Source of the DNA: Eledone cirrhosa
Lineage: Eukaryota
NCBI GenBank assembly: GCA_964016885.1
Contig: OZ024745.1
Coordinates: forward strand, 8,370,001-8,434,000
Length of the DNA stretch: 64,000 bases
Direction: 5' to 3'
The translations under genes and the position numbers were made by a program. Below, in pieces: positions 19,865 through 33,355 of this stretch (positions within the stretch are counted from its first letter, which is position 1; the number at the start of each line of letters is the position of its first letter). The notes below the pieces were generated by a model, which saw only the letters and a list, made by a program, of their open reading frames with translations, had not been told where the DNA came from and searched no databases.

Positions 19865-21410
19865 TAACAGATTAAAGTTTAAGCAAAGAATCGCTGCTTT
19901 CACCCTTAACGGGATCTTCTGAAACTAACAAAGTCAATCTGTAAACGCAGAAGTGGATATTTCAAAAAACGTTGCAACCGGAGGAAGACAGGAAGACGAT
20001 ACTTTGGTTTGTGGTAACGTTCCCTGGCAAAGAACGGGAAAAAACGAATAATACGTCATTAATAGGAGCGGTGAAAAACAATTACGCGCAAAGACAGAAC
20101 CACGTTTATGGTGTAAAAGAGCTCTTAGGGGGTTCATAAAGACGTTCTCTGGCAATGAACGAAAAAACGAAGATAATACGTCATATGTGGAGCGTGGAGA
20201 ACAATTGCACGCAAAGACAAAACCACGTAAATGGTATAGCAGAAGTCGTAGACTAAAATTCTAACTAGGAGACCGAATGAATCTCCGCTACAGAGTTAAG
20301 AACAAAGTAAATAAATACAATACAGAGGTAATAGAAATTAAATAAATACATACACGCATACAAATACGTACATACACAAGCATACGCGAAAACACTTACC
20401 ATAGGTATACAAAACCACGCACATATAAATATGTGTGTGTGTGTATGCATGTATACAAATAAATAAATAATTAAATAAACGTATATATATGAATAAATAA
20501 ATACGTATATAACAAGCGCACACACATGCCTACATGTAAATACACAAATGTTCGGAGACGTAAGTCAACCAAAACATGAAGTACACATATACACACACCC
20601 TACATACGTACGAACCTGCATACTCACACAGAGGCAAAACACCCGTATTCACATAACCAAACCATATGTACCAGAAAATATAAAATTATACGCCATAACA
20701 TATACAATCAAATATACGTACGAGAAGGTATACGTACCTTCACAAAACATACAGGTAATATATACTTACCTATGCAAATAAGTAATGGTATAAACAAAAC
20801 ATATACTTAGCTACCACATCAAGACGTAAAATATCCACGTATAGATCGTACTATCCGTTAGGGTATAGCGTGGGGCTGTAATACAGGAAAGTTTTGTGCA
20901 ATTTATGTTTACAAGCCGAAATTGACTCAGATTTTTTGTTTAAGATGTGGTCTGTGGCGTAGAGTATTTCTAAGGCCTCAGTGGCGCAGAGGTCACGTGG
21001 TCTTTTATTTCCGTTATACGATCTAGCCCTAGCTAGGATCTCCCAGTGTAACTTATATTGGGTGTGGTTGTCTTTTAGACTCCAGATATAAGCTGAAAGT
21101 GACGTCATATTCCTTCTTAGAGAGTAACGAAAAGAATAGGTATGCATGTAAAGACGCTGCTTGAATCTATTGGCGGTTAACCCTCTGTAGACCCTACGTG
21201 ACGTGGGTGTTTCAACCTTAAATTTGTAGACAATGTTACTAGAGAGGCATTTCCCGGATAGGGGGCAATCAACCTGATTCCTACAATTACAGTTAGTACT
21301 AACTACAGGGTTGCACGTGTTCCTACGGCTAGGTAGTTTAGCTAAATTTGAAGCTGTGATGTTATGTGCAAGGTTAGGAGTCGTAGAGTAAGACATTTTA
21401 ATAGTATTTC
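19859..21410 (-). mobile_element. 5'-truncated Penelope-like element (Nematis-type C-terminal GIY-YIG endonuclease plus 3' region), ending at (TA)n
   Basis: ORF 20851-21396 reads CNCRNQVDCPLSGKCL..NIVY..VYRGLTANRFKQR..H..SF..SLSAYIWSLK..LCATE..LNKKSE..CKH. Terminus 19859-19919 recurs as the palindrome at 47885-48008. Confidence 0.85.
20851..21396 (-). pseudogene. GIY-YIG endonuclease fragment of a Penelope-like element
   Basis: Cys-rich linker followed by IVY/YRG (degenerate GIY-YIG) and conserved R, H, E and LN residues. No RT upstream. Confidence 0.85.
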
Positions 21411-21469
21411 TTCACGCATTCTGTGACCTCTTCAAAGAAAAGGTCACAGAAAAGGTAAAAAAAAACAAA

Positions 21470-21672
21470 GAAAAGAACCCCCTGTCACTGAAGAGGTCAC
21501 AGAATGTGTGATGAAAGAACTTTGACAATATATAAACAACCATCTGGTTGTGGAACCAACCAACCAACAGGGAATTTATAAATTCCTAAATTTATAAATT
21601 TATTATAATAAATTGAAGTGAAAGCAAGTGGTGCGTGTGTTTCTTATTGGCAACATGACCCTCCCAAAGTAT

Positions 21673-21678
<6 letters not shown>
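21470..21678 (+). mobile_element. Solo pseudo-LTR of the PLE family at 57.2-59.2 kb
   Basis: Near-identical reverse complement of 57221-57425. Ends in (TA)n. A short inverted copy of part of it lies at 21417-21434. Confidence 0.85.
21483..21527 (+). ncRNA. Minimal type-I hammerhead ribozyme (family B)
   Basis: TGTCA-CTGAAGA-G-GTCACA gaatg TGTGAT-GAAA-GAAC-TT-TGACA: stem I, core, stem II, GAAA, minimal stem III, UH site. Confidence 0.75.
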
Positions 21679-21763
<85 letters not shown>

Positions 21764-22165
21764 TGCATATATATATGCATATATATATCATATATATATC
21801 ATATATATATCATATATACACACATATCATATATACATACATATATAATTATACACCCCACACACATATATATATAAGCGGGGGTGTATAATTATATATG
21901 TATGTATGTATAAATGTATGTGTGTGTTTATGTAGATGCACACATACATACACACATACACCCTCAAATATACAATTACCTTTATAGGAAAACCTACATA
22001 CGCACCACACTTATGTATATTCATTAGGTTGTTTTAAATTCTTATTCTTGGAAGATTGATAGAGAAGAAGTTGATGTATACTTAGGTTAACACACACATA
22101 TACACATACACACACATACTTAGGTTAACACACACACACACACACACTTAGGTTAATACACACAC

Positions 22166-22237
<72 letters not shown>

Positions 22238-22493
22238 GTATTATCATTATTTTATTTATAATTGTAGATGAGATATCAAACAGTTTCCAGCCTGTAAGAT
22301 TTTAATATATTTGTAATTTGTATTTTATTGATATGTTTATCTGAAACAGTTGCTATCCATATGTGCTTAGATATTATTACTGTTCTTCTGTGTGAAACTC
22401 TGGTAAAATTAAACACTAACTTACCTTCAATACCACTTCCAATTAAAACACTAAAGCACCTCTCTAACATACACACTTACACTCTCTTTCTTC

Positions 22494-22553
<60 letters not shown>

Positions 22554-22629
22554 CACGTACATATATACATACAAACATATATATGTGTATATGTGCATCG
22601 TGTATATATCTATCTATATATCTATATAT

Positions 22630-22725
22630 AACGAAGGAAATGTGGTAAGGAACCAGATGGACCATAATTAGTCCAGAATTAGCCGTCGAAACGGCTTGAG
22701 CTCAGCCGTCGGGGTCTTACTCGTT

Positions 22726-22730
<5 letters not shown>
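22630..22730. mobile_element. Internally deleted copy of the short fold-back element at 61881-62075, between (TA)n runs
   Basis: 22631-22667 is the reverse complement of 62038-62073. 22676-22728 matches 61943-61995. Confidence 0.75.
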
Positions 22731-22766
<36 letters not shown>

Positions 22767-22994
22767 ATACCTATATAGCTGTATGTATCGATTTATCAAT
22801 ACATCTAATTATCTATCCATCCATTTGTCTTCTCTATTTATCAAACTTTTAACTGTATTTTTTTATCAGCCTCTTTACATACATTTTTATTCACTAATTA
22901 GATATCTACCTCTTCATATACCTCTCCTTTTATCTATCTCTCTATATACCTCTCTATCTACCTCTCCTTTTATCTATCTCTCTATATCTCCTAC

Positions 22995-23046
<52 letters not shown>

Positions 23047-23059
23047 ATATCTATCTATC

Positions 23060-23312
23060 TATATCAGCCTGTAGGTTGAGGAAAAGGAGGAGAGGAAAGG
23101 GGTACAAACTCTTCGTACTCCTGGAGATGAGGGTTGCACATTTTTTCGGGGGTATGTGTTACCCATATAAACTGTCTCCCCCTATTGGGGAAAATCGACT
23201 AACTTTTTAAATTGCATTTGTGATAACATTTTACACGTTTTTATTGTATGTAAACTTCCCCCTTTGTATTTGTCCCCTTCTTTTGTGCCCCTGTGGCTAA
23301 TAAAGAAACATA
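23060..23312 (+). mobile_element. 3'-end fragment of the Tx1/L1-like LINE inside (TATC)n
   Basis: Reverse complement of about 27940-28195, ending AATAAAGAAACATA. Confidence 0.85.
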
Positions 23313-23337
23313 TCTATCTATCTATCTATATATATAT

Positions 23338-23692
23338 ATCTTCAAATATCATTTTGGAAGAAGAATCAGAATGGAGAGAGAGGTGCTATACCCCAACAAA
23401 TTTTATAAAAGGTGGGTGAATGTGACAAAGATGGCCCGAGTGGTTGGGCCTTCTCTCTATATAAGCCTGTAGGTTGAGGAAAAAGAGGAAGAGAGGAAGG
23501 GAGTACTCACTCTTGGTGCACCTGGGTTGTACATTTTTTCGGGGTGTGTACAACCCCTGTGTAACACCTCCCCCCTATTGGGGATTTCAATTATTTGTTA
23601 TTGTATTAATAGTGTTATTTTCATATACCTGTATGTAAACTCCCCATTTGTATTTGTCCCCTTCTTTTGTGCCCTTGTGGCTAATAAATAAA
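23338..23692 (+). mobile_element. Second, more diverged 3'-end fragment of the Tx1/L1-like LINE
   Basis: Matches the ORF2 end (TTCAAATATCATTTTGGAAGAAGAATCAGAATGGAGAGAGAGGTGCT) and the 3' UTR of the 27.9-33.6 kb element. Followed by (TATC)n. Confidence 0.85.
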
Positions 23693-24220
23693 TTTATCTA
23701 TCTATATATCTCTCTATCTATCTATCTATCTATCTATCTCTTTATCTATCTATCTATCTATCTATTCATCTTGTCTACCAATATCTTTCTCCCCTCTTGT
23801 CTACCAATATCTTTCTCTCTCTCTCTCTTTCTCTTTACAGACACATATACACACGCGCGCATACAAAGCATACATTCACATATACATACAAACATACATA
23901 CATACACAAACACACACATACATATAACACTACACACACACACCTACTTAGTTCTCTACATATCTAAGTATATGTTCAACTGATTCATGGCTGTATACTT
24001 CATTATAATCAATTTAACAGCAAATGTTTGCTTCTCTACGTCAACAGATTTATGCAAATGTTTATTGGAAAATCGGACCTCTGTCACTAGAAAGTATTAA
24101 TAATAGATGGGAGTCACTTGATCTGGTGTGAACTACGTCCTATATTTATGGAAATATGTGCAGATAAATAAAGAAATGCTTATTGAATAAAAAAGATTAA
24201 TATTATTACTATTATTATTG

Positions 24221-24413
24221 GAGTGGCGGCTTGGAAGTATCGGCAGAGCGTCGGATAATATAGTTATCGGTTCTGATTTCAAATCTCGCCGTGGTTAGCT
24301 TTGTATTTCATCCTTATGGGGGTCGATAAAATAAAGTACCTGTAACGGACTGGGGTTCATTTAAACGACTTTCCTTTCCCCTAAAATTGTTGGCCTTGTG
24401 CCTAAATCAGAAT
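24221..24413 (+). mobile_element. SINE (octopod-like family)
   Basis: TTCAAATCTCGCCG..GGTTAGCTTTG..TTTCATCCTT..GGGGTCGATAAAATAAAGTACC..TGGCCTTGTGCCTAAATCAGAA, shared with several other copies in the window. Confidence 0.75.
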
Positions 24414-25435
24414 TTATAGATCCTGACTCAGGATCGATATTAATGCTGTAGACCCGACTTCAGCCCGATCTGCTCTTCAGACTTGTAAATCAGGCAAAAA
24501 CAAAATCTCATCCCAATGTGTGTGTGTGTGTGTGTGTGTGTGTGAGACACCGTCTTAGTTTATCACGGAAGTTGCAATGTGTCAGACAACCCGATGTGTT
24601 TGCAATAATATGAAGAAAGACAAAAACAAAATGAGTTTTCAAACTGCGATGAATGTTGGTCAAAAGCTAAATATTATACGACTATCTCCAAATATATATT
24701 TACGTATATATTACTACAGTGTATCAGGATTGAAGAAAACCATTTAGAATTTCTTCCTAATGTATCGATATATGTTGGATAATGTCTAAAGAAAATAGGA
24801 AAGAGAATTATTGTGATTGATTTAAGTGAATGTAAAATGAAATTATTGATTTAAATAGTGAAGCGAACGCCTTAACCAGCATCTAGGACGATCATAATCT
24901 AAACTATAATAAAGTAAGGAGTGCGAGACTGCGTCTAGAATATATTTTTTTATCCCGTTTGTAAAATAAGTTGGATTACTTTGAATAAATAATGAATGAA
25001 TATTACATAATTTATCTACTAAATTTCGTTATTCTTGATTGAATATAAATAATTTTGTTGCTTATTTTTTAAGATTCACTTCTTTAAAATTTTCAAATGT
25101 CAACACTTCCGGTTAGCGATACCTTAAATAAACATTCATATATTTCTGTCACTATTTTTCTCCTAATGCAGTTTATATATAATATCGTCTTTTTTTAATG
25201 TATCATGGATTACGTTACTGATTACATAAGACAATGTAACGCAGTCTTCGTTCAATTTCTGTGTATTTCTGTGTATTTCTGTCAATTACGATTTTATTAG
25301 ATGTATCATATCAACATGTATATATAATTGCGTATAATATCAATATACACACTACACATGTATCATATCAACATGTATATATACCTGCGTATAATATCAA
25401 TATACACACTACACAGGCTAGCAGAAAACCACCCG

Positions 25436-25712
25436 ATGGTGGTGGTGGTGGTGGTGGTGGAAGAAGAAGAAGAAGAAGAAGAAGAAGAAGAAGAAGAAGA
25501 AGAAGAAGAAGAAGAAGAAGAAGAAGAAGAAGAAGAAGAAGAAGAAGAAGAAGAAGAAGAAGAAGAAGAAGAAGAAGAAGAAGAAGAAGAAGAAGAAGAA
25601 GAAGAAGAAGAAGAAGAAGAAGAAGAAGAAGAAGAAGAAGAAGAAGAAGAAGAAGAAGAAGAAGAAGAAGAAGAAGAAGAAGAAGAAGAAGAAGAAGAAG
25701 AAGAAGAAGAAG

Positions 25713-25741
<29 letters not shown>
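25436..25741 (+). repeat. (GGT)n followed by a pure (GAA)~94 microsatellite
   Basis: Seen directly. Abuts the 5' truncation point of the R4/Dong-like LINE. Confidence 0.98.
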
Positions 25742-25742
<1 letters not shown>

Positions 25743-25743
<1 letters not shown>

Positions 25744-27661
25744 TGTTGTTCAGTGATGACATTAAAATGGAGTTTGGACTAGACAAATGCGCCAAAGCAA
25801 CGTTCACCAGAGGAAAGCTGCTGAAGAGTTCAGACATTAATCTTGATCGGGGGAACGTGATAAGAGAACTTGATCAAGAAAAAACTTACAAATATCTAGG
25901 TGTTTGTGAAGGAGACGGAATCAAGCACTCGACAATGAGGGAAAGGATAAGGAAGGAATTTTACCGCAGAGTAAGAGCAATCTTAAGAACGGAATTGAAT
26001 GCAAGGAATAGGATCGATGCCATAAACACGCTTGCCATACCAGTAGTAACCTACAGTTACAATGTCATCAACTGGTCAAGCACAGAGATCCGTAGGCTCG
26101 ATACAAAAATTCGAAAACTCTTAACCATGCACAGAATGCATCACCCTAAGGCAGATATAGATAGAATATATCTCCCTAGGAAAGAAGGAGGACGTGGGTT
26201 AATCCAGTTAGACATTGCGTTGAAAACTGCAACAATTGGATTATCTACATATCTAAGGGAATCACATGATTGGATGATCAAACTCGTTTTGAAACACGAA
26301 AGCATCAAAAGATCATATTCCATTACAAAAGATGCACAAAGATGCAGTAATGGACTACAAATTTCAGAAGTCCCATTTACTGCTGAAATGGAAAACACAG
26401 AAAAAGCAAAGCAGGTAAAAGTAACTGCAAAGAAAGAACTGCTACAGAAACTGGCTAAGAAATGGCAAGAAAAGCCTCTGTATGGAAAATACCCAGAGCG
26501 AGCTAACAGTCCTGATGTTGACAAAACTTTAATCCATCAGTGGTTGGCATCCTCTGGACTGAAATCGGAGACTGAAGGACTGATTATATCGGCACAAGAT
26601 CAGTGTCTGCCAACAAAAAATTACCAAGCCAACATAATAAAAAATGGGTGCAGCCCATTATGCCGTGTATGCAAAAAACAACCAGAGACCATTGACCATA
26701 TAATTTCAATGTGCAGTCCTATAGCTCCAACCGAATACCTAAACAGGCATGACAGAGCTGCACAATACATACATTGGATAATGTGTAAGCATTTTGACCT
26801 GCCCCATCAAAAGAATTGGTGGGAGCATCAACCACCTCCCATACTTGAAAAAGATCACATCTCAATCTTGTGGAACTTTAGCATCCATACAGACCGAAAA
26901 ATAGAATGCAAACAGACCTGATATAATATTGAAAGACTTTCAAAAGAGGGTATGCCTGCTAATTGATATGTCTGTTCCAAAAGACAAGAATGTATCTATA
27001 AAAACATTTGAAAAATTGATCAAGTATAAGGACCTGGAGATAGAAATTGGAAAAAATGTGGAAATTGAGAACTAAAACAATACCAGTGATTGTAGGCGCT
27101 CTGGGAATGATACCTAAGGGGTCTAATGATTACTTATCGCAAATCCCAGGAAACCCGCGTATAGGAGAAATACAAAAGATAGTACTAATGGGAACTGCCC
27201 ATAAACTAAGGAAGATTCTGTCAATATAAGTACATCACAAGTCTAAACACTAAAGATGCATGTGTGAGTATGTATGTACTTTCTTGAACATGGCGGACCT
27301 TGTTGTCTCTTGAGGTCACTGGTTGTGACTTGGTGATAACTCGTATGAACATAAAGCAAGATAAATGCAATACCAGTGGTTGTAGGCGCTCTGGGAATGA
27401 TACCTAAGGGGTCTAATGATTACTTATCGCAGATCCCAGGAAACCCGCGTATAGGAGAAATACAAAAGATAGTACTAATGGGAACTGCCCATATACTGAG
27501 GAAGATTCTGTCAATATAAGTACATCACAAGTCTAAACACTAAAGATGCATGTGTGAGTGTGTATGTTCTTCCTTGAACATGGCGGACCTTGTTGTCTCT
27601 TGAGGTCACTGGTTGTGACTTGGTGATAACTCGTATGAACATAAAGCAAGATAATGCAACT

Positions 27662-27710
<49 letters not shown>
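25743..27710 (+). mobile_element. 5'-truncated R4/Dong-like non-LTR retrotransposon (RT C-terminus, CCHC knuckle, restriction-like endonuclease) with (TAA)n tail
   Basis: FSDDIKMEFGLDKC, YKYLG, GGRGL, CRVC..ETIDHIISMC and RHD, then frameshifted RPDI..IDMSVP..KYKDL and PVIVGALG. Frameshifts near 26905 and 27047. (TAA)n at 27663-27710. Confidence 0.9.
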
Positions 27711-27713
<3 letters not shown>

Positions 27714-28180
27714 AAACTCAGTGGTTTGTGCGTGTTCATATGGAATGTTGTAATCAAGGAATTATTAAGTTAAATATTATTGTACGATATACCTGATCAT
27801 ACTAGTATCATCATCATCATCATCTTCGTTTAACGACCATTTTCCACGCTAGCATGGGTTAGTATATACATAGGAAAAGAGTCAGGACTCCGACGGCTGA
27901 GCTCCGGCCGTTTCGACAGCTAGATCCGAACATATATATATGTTTCTTTATTAGCCACAGGGGCACAAAAGAAGGGGACAAATACAAAGGGGGAAGTTTA
28001 CATACAATAAAAACGTGTAAAATATTATCACAAATACAATTTAAAAATTAATCGATTTTCCCCAATAGGGGGAGACATTACATGTGGGTAATACATACCC
28101 CCGAAAAAAAATGTGCAACCCTCATCTCCAGGAGTACGAAGAGTTTGTACTCCTTTCCTCTCCTCCACTTTTTCCTCAAC

Positions 28181-31100
28181 CTACAGGCTGATATAGAGAG
28201 AAGGCCCATTCACTCGGGCCATTCTCGCCACTTTCACCCACCTTTCATAAAACTTGCTGGGGACAGCACCTCTCTCTCCATCCTGATTCTTCTTCCAAAG
28301 TGGTATTTGAAAAAAAAGATCAGTTGTCGGCCGGAGAGAAAGGTGTCTGGCCTCAGCCCTTTCAACCTTGTCCACCATACAACCTCTTTCGTCATAGCTA
28401 TCACACAAAGGAAAACCGACTCTCCTTCGTTTTTGAAGGAGGGTGGCGGTTTGATCATGACACTGGACTCGGTGGTCAACCGGATTGGTCCCACCCGCGA
28501 CAATAGTCGTTCTACATAGCCCCACAGGTCGGTGACGCCCGGGCAGTGTATGAATGCGTGCGCGACGGTTTCTTCGTCTCGCACGCACCTCGGACATATT
28601 TTTTGCAGGGTCCCTGCCCGGGCGCCCATGTCTGTAGAGCTTGTCACGAACTGGTAGAGCTCCTCGGTAGCACTGCCAGGCCAGGGACTTTTGGAAGTTG
28701 TCCATCGGTCCCGGGCGGAAGGTCCTACCGAACAGACTGGCCAGTTCGTCTTCCTCTACGCCCAGAGTTTCACCGATCACGTCGTCGCACTTGCTGCGGA
28801 TCAACCCTCTATAGAATGACGAAGTGGAGTCTCCACTGATCGCCGGGTCCGCCTGCCAGAGGGCTGTGAGCGCCTGAGCACATTCGACGTGCCAGTCGCC
28901 CATTTTCCTCAGTCTTTGCTTGACCCAGGACTGCAGCTCGGTCAGCGAGACGAGTCGTGGGAAGGCTCGCCTCACGAACGGGCCCACACCGGTTGTCCGG
29001 TGAGGAATACGTAGAGATGCCGCAGCCTGAGCGCGTGTTTGCGCATCGTCAGCCACGGCATCCCCAGCCCTCCGTTGGAAGGGTGTTGGCAGCAGATGGA
29101 TCTTCTCACCAAAGGAGCCCGCCTCTTCCAAAGGAATTGGAAGAGCGCGCGCTCCATTTTGGTGAGCGTTTTGGCTGGACAAGGCCCGATGGTCAAGCGG
29201 TAGTAGATGGCGGACGCTATAAAAGTGTTCGCCACCTCCGCTCGACCTTTCAAGGATAGTTTGCACTCGGCCCTCTTCTGGGTGAGTGCAAACACCTTGG
29301 CCGTCACCTCGTTCAAGTTCTTCTCCACCTGGAGGTCCGGACCAAACCAGACGCCCAGCAGCTTTACCGGTCCTTCCGTCCAGCGTCCGACGACGCCATC
29401 GGAAGGCATCGGTTTGCCTCTCCACGATCCGAGTTGCAAACCGATGGACTTATCCCGGTTCAGCTTCGCTCCTGTGAACCTTTCGTATTCCTTCAGTAAG
29501 GTGCCGACTTCCTCTATTTGCGAGGCGCTCGACACCATTACTGGCACGTCGTCGGCGTAGGCCGACGCCGCTTTCCGCAGTCCCGGTTCCAGAGGGATGC
29601 CCTGCAATAGCTCCAACTTCCGCAGTAGTGGCTCGAGAGTCAGTACGTACAGAAGGGAGGAGAGAGGGCATCCCTGTCGAATGGATCGCGTGATATGGAA
29701 CGGCTCCGAGAGGTAGCCGTTCACCTTGACTCTTGAGCAGGTGTTGCTGTTGTGCATTGCAGCAATCCAGCCCCTGAACACGGGTCCGAAGCCTGCCGCC
29801 TCGATCACCGCATCCAGGTAACGATGGTCAACCCTATCGAAAGCCTTAGACTGATCCAAGTTGATCAGGGCCCCACCGAAGCCGGGTTTACACCCTACCC
29901 TCTCTATGATGTATCGCATGAGGTGGAGGTTGTCGTGTATGGACCTGGTCGGGATTACGCATGTCTGCGCTTCTGCCACCAGGTTTTCGACGACAAGCGC
30001 CAGCCTCTTTGCCAACACCTTGGCCAAAATCTGTAACTCTGTGTTTAGCAGAGTTATGGGCCGGAAATTGCCTATGTCATCCGCTTTATTCTCGTCCTTC
30101 CTGACTAGTGTGACTACGCCCCCCGTCACAGAACTGGGAATTCTCCCGTTCTGTTGCCAGTTTCAGTAGACCGCTTCCAGGAGACCGGAGAATAAGTCCG
30201 GCATTGCGACGTAAAATTCGTAGGGTAGACCGTCGAGACCTGGAGATTTGCCGCATTGGCTCAGCGCGTCCTCTATCTCAGCGGCTGAAATCGGCTTTTC
30301 GCAGAACTTTGCCTCGCTGTCCGAGAGTCGCGGTAGGCCGTCGAGGTATGGACCGAAATCCATAGCCCCTCTCGGCGCGCCGTCCTGCCCGAACAGTTGA
30401 GCAAAGTGCTGCTGAAAGGCCGCACACATCTGCTTCGGCTCACGTATCACGCGTCCGTTTTGATCCTTCAAAGACTGAATCGTGGACTTGTTGCCACTTT
30501 TTGCCTCCGTCACTCGGGCCCAGCTAACAGCTTTGGCTCCCTCGTTTCCCAGAGCACGTGTTTTGCTTCTGACAACGCAGCCCTCATGCTTTGCGTCGAA
30601 GAACTGGTCCAAGGCCGTTCTCGTTGCTAGCACGCTGGCTACGTTGCCACTTCTAATTGCCTCTTCTACTTTATCTACCAGTTCTTTCTCGATTCTATTT
30701 CTATCGAACGCTAATTCTTTACTAAAAGCTAACGAGTCTAATCTAACTGCCCTCTTGAGAGAGTACCACCATCTGATGTTGACAATGGCCCCTGTCAAGT
30801 GCTGTTTAACTAAAGTGCTAATCCGTCTACTGTAGGCTTTGCATGTCGGTAACGACAAATTCAGCTTCCAGTAGCCGGGTCCTTGTCTATGGGTTCTATC
30901 AAGGTTGACTATGCAGGTAACTAGTTTGTGATCCGAATAGGCAACCATGAACATTTGTGGACAGCTTAACATGTATCTATCCTTATTTCTAACTAGAACC
31001 CTATCTAGGTACGATCTAGATGTTCCTCTAAGATTAGTCCACGTCCACAGTGGCACAGTCGGAAAATCTAGTTGATATATATCGGCCAGGTCATATCGGC

Positions 31101-31628
31101 CAGGTCAAATCGGCCGATTAACTGTTTGAGGCTGTTACCCCCCCCCCCCCTTTATCGGGACATGCTCCCACATAGTCCCAACGTGCATCTAGGATTCCAT
31201 TCCAGTCCCCCACTAAAAGCAAGGAGCGGGACGTTCCCAGAAAACATCTCTAGACGTTTGAAGAAGTCTGGCCGCGGTGTCCCGGATGGGGCATATGCGG
31301 CCACCAGCCTGAAGGCTCCACCTTCACTACCGTCAACGTCTAGGACCACCAGTCGACCCTCCGGATCCAGATGTACCGTCTGTGTTACGAGGTCCAGGTG
31401 TTTCCGCAGCAAAACGGCAGCCCCGTCCCCACCCACCGGCCGACAGAGAGATGCGTAGATCTCAAAGTCATCGAAGATGGGGGCCAGCTGTCGCTCGCTT
31501 TGGATCCTGGACTCACAAATGGCTACTACATCCATACTGTGCGACATGAGGTCGTTTAAGAGTTTGCCCTGTTTCCAGGGCATCCCCAGGCCGCGTACAT
31601 TCACACACCCAACTCTTATATTGGCCAT
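28181..31628 (-). pseudogene. LINE ORF2 (APE endonuclease, reverse transcriptase, zinc finger), disrupted
   Basis: Split across track ORFs 31152-31628, 30163-31056, 28972-30129, 28181-29425 and 28234-28647. Confidence 0.9.
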
Positions 31629-31662
31629 GTTGGTTCTGAAAAGTTAAAAGAGAAGAAAACAC

Positions 31663-33355
31663 TCACCTCTTCGTCTCCCGGGGATCAGGCCGCACGGTTT
31701 CCATGGGGGTGTTAGAGGGGTTGTCTGAGTGGGTGGTGGTTTCCGGCGGGGTGGGGACGGAGATGTTTGGTGGGGTGGGGGTGTCTGGAGTGGGGGTGTC
31801 TGGGGTGAGGGTGGGGAAACTTTTTAAAAGGACGCGGTTAATGGTTTTAACACAAGGATTACCGACGCCCTTAGGAAAGTTTTCCTTTAAAGACTTATAG
31901 GTGTCCGTAGGGACCCTAATCATCTTTAAATTAGGTTTGTCTACACAGTTCGAAAAAGTTTTCCCTTCGGTGAAAACCGAAGGGTCGTTGGAGATGACCT
32001 CCATTAAAGTTTTGTTTTTACTGTTTATGTATGTGTAATGTTCTTGTTGTGTTGCGGTGGTTTTTGTCTGTTGTTCTTGTGGGAGCTTTCGTTTTGTTGT
32101 AGGTGTTTGTGTTTGGAGTGATGTCGTGGTTTTGTTTTCGGGACGGGGGTTTTTGTTTGTAATGTTTGTGTTGTTTGTGTTGGTGGTTGTATGTTTGTAG
32201 TGATGTTTGTTGTTTTTTTGTTCTTGTGGTGTCTTTTCTTCTTTCTTTTCGAACGGAGAGGCTCTCCCTCATCATAACTTGGTTATGATGTGGGGGCCTC
32301 GTCTGTTGTGGTGTCTGTGTTATTTGGAAGGGGTATGTTTTGGGGAGCTGTTGTGTTTGTGGGTGTTTTTGCAGTGGTTTTATGTGGAGTGGGGTTGGGT
32401 GGGACTGTACTTGCAGGTTGGTTTGTTGTTCTTGTTTTGGTTGTGTTTGCGTGTTGTTGTTGTTGTTGTGGTGGTGGTGGTAGTGGCGGTTGTGTTGTTG
32501 TTTTAGGTGTTGGCAGTAGTGCCTTTTTTTTTAGTTAACTGAGGACAGTAAGCCTTCAGGTGACCACTGCTTAAACAGTGGTAACATGAAGGCCGCCTAC
32601 CCTCAACAGAAATGTTTATGTGTGAATTTCCATCCAGAGGCACACGTTGGGGTATTTTAGTTATCCGTTCTGGCCTCATTTGGACCAGAACTTCCATGCT
32701 TGTACCATTGAATGTGCCTCTGGAGGACTTTCCCTCCGAAATGATGGTCGAAATCGATGAAACCCGTTAGAATCCACCAGACGTTTACATTTGGTGCAAT
32801 GTACAAAATTGAAACCGTCCTAAAAATTACTGTTTTTAGAACAGTTTTTCTACGTAACTGTTGAGGAGAAGTGATGCTGAAAGCACCACTCTCACCAAAG
32901 GTTACGTACTGTTTTGTATCGCTTAACATTTCCCTAGCATTGGAAATGTCAAGGTATGTGAACAGTTCCGTCTTTTGGACGGTTTGAGCAAAGGAAATCT
33001 TTTCCTTGTTCGTGGAGTTGTTCGTGTTGCTGTTGTTGTTGGTGGTGTTGTTGTTATCATTGTTGTTGTTGGTGGTGGTGGTGTTGTTGTTATCATTGTT
33101 GCTGTTGTTGTTCTTGTTGTCATTATTGTTGTTGTTGTTGTTGTTGTTCTGGTTGGTGTTGCTTATATTTTGCATGTTATTGGTGTTTGTGTTAGTGTTG
33201 ATGTTACAATCAACGTCCGACATCGTGTTTTCAAAACTGACGACATTTTCGATGTCTTTCAATGAGGTGGTGAGAGGAGATGACTGCGAGCTTAACACTC
33301 TCACCGCCTCTCCACCAGTTCTAGTTATGAACGTAACGTTCATGACTGAATGCAA
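31663..33355 (-). pseudogene. LINE ORF1 (gag-like CCHC knuckle, poly-Asn and Thr/Pro/Gln-rich tracts), disrupted
   Basis: Track ORFs 32657-33355, 32503-32697 (CX2CX4HX4C) and 31663-32004. Stops 35 bp before the ORF2 ATG. Confidence 0.75.

Noticed and set aside
25261-25837. Poly-Arg, poly-Glu and poly-Phe ORFs
   Set aside because: Translations of the (GAA)n microsatellite.
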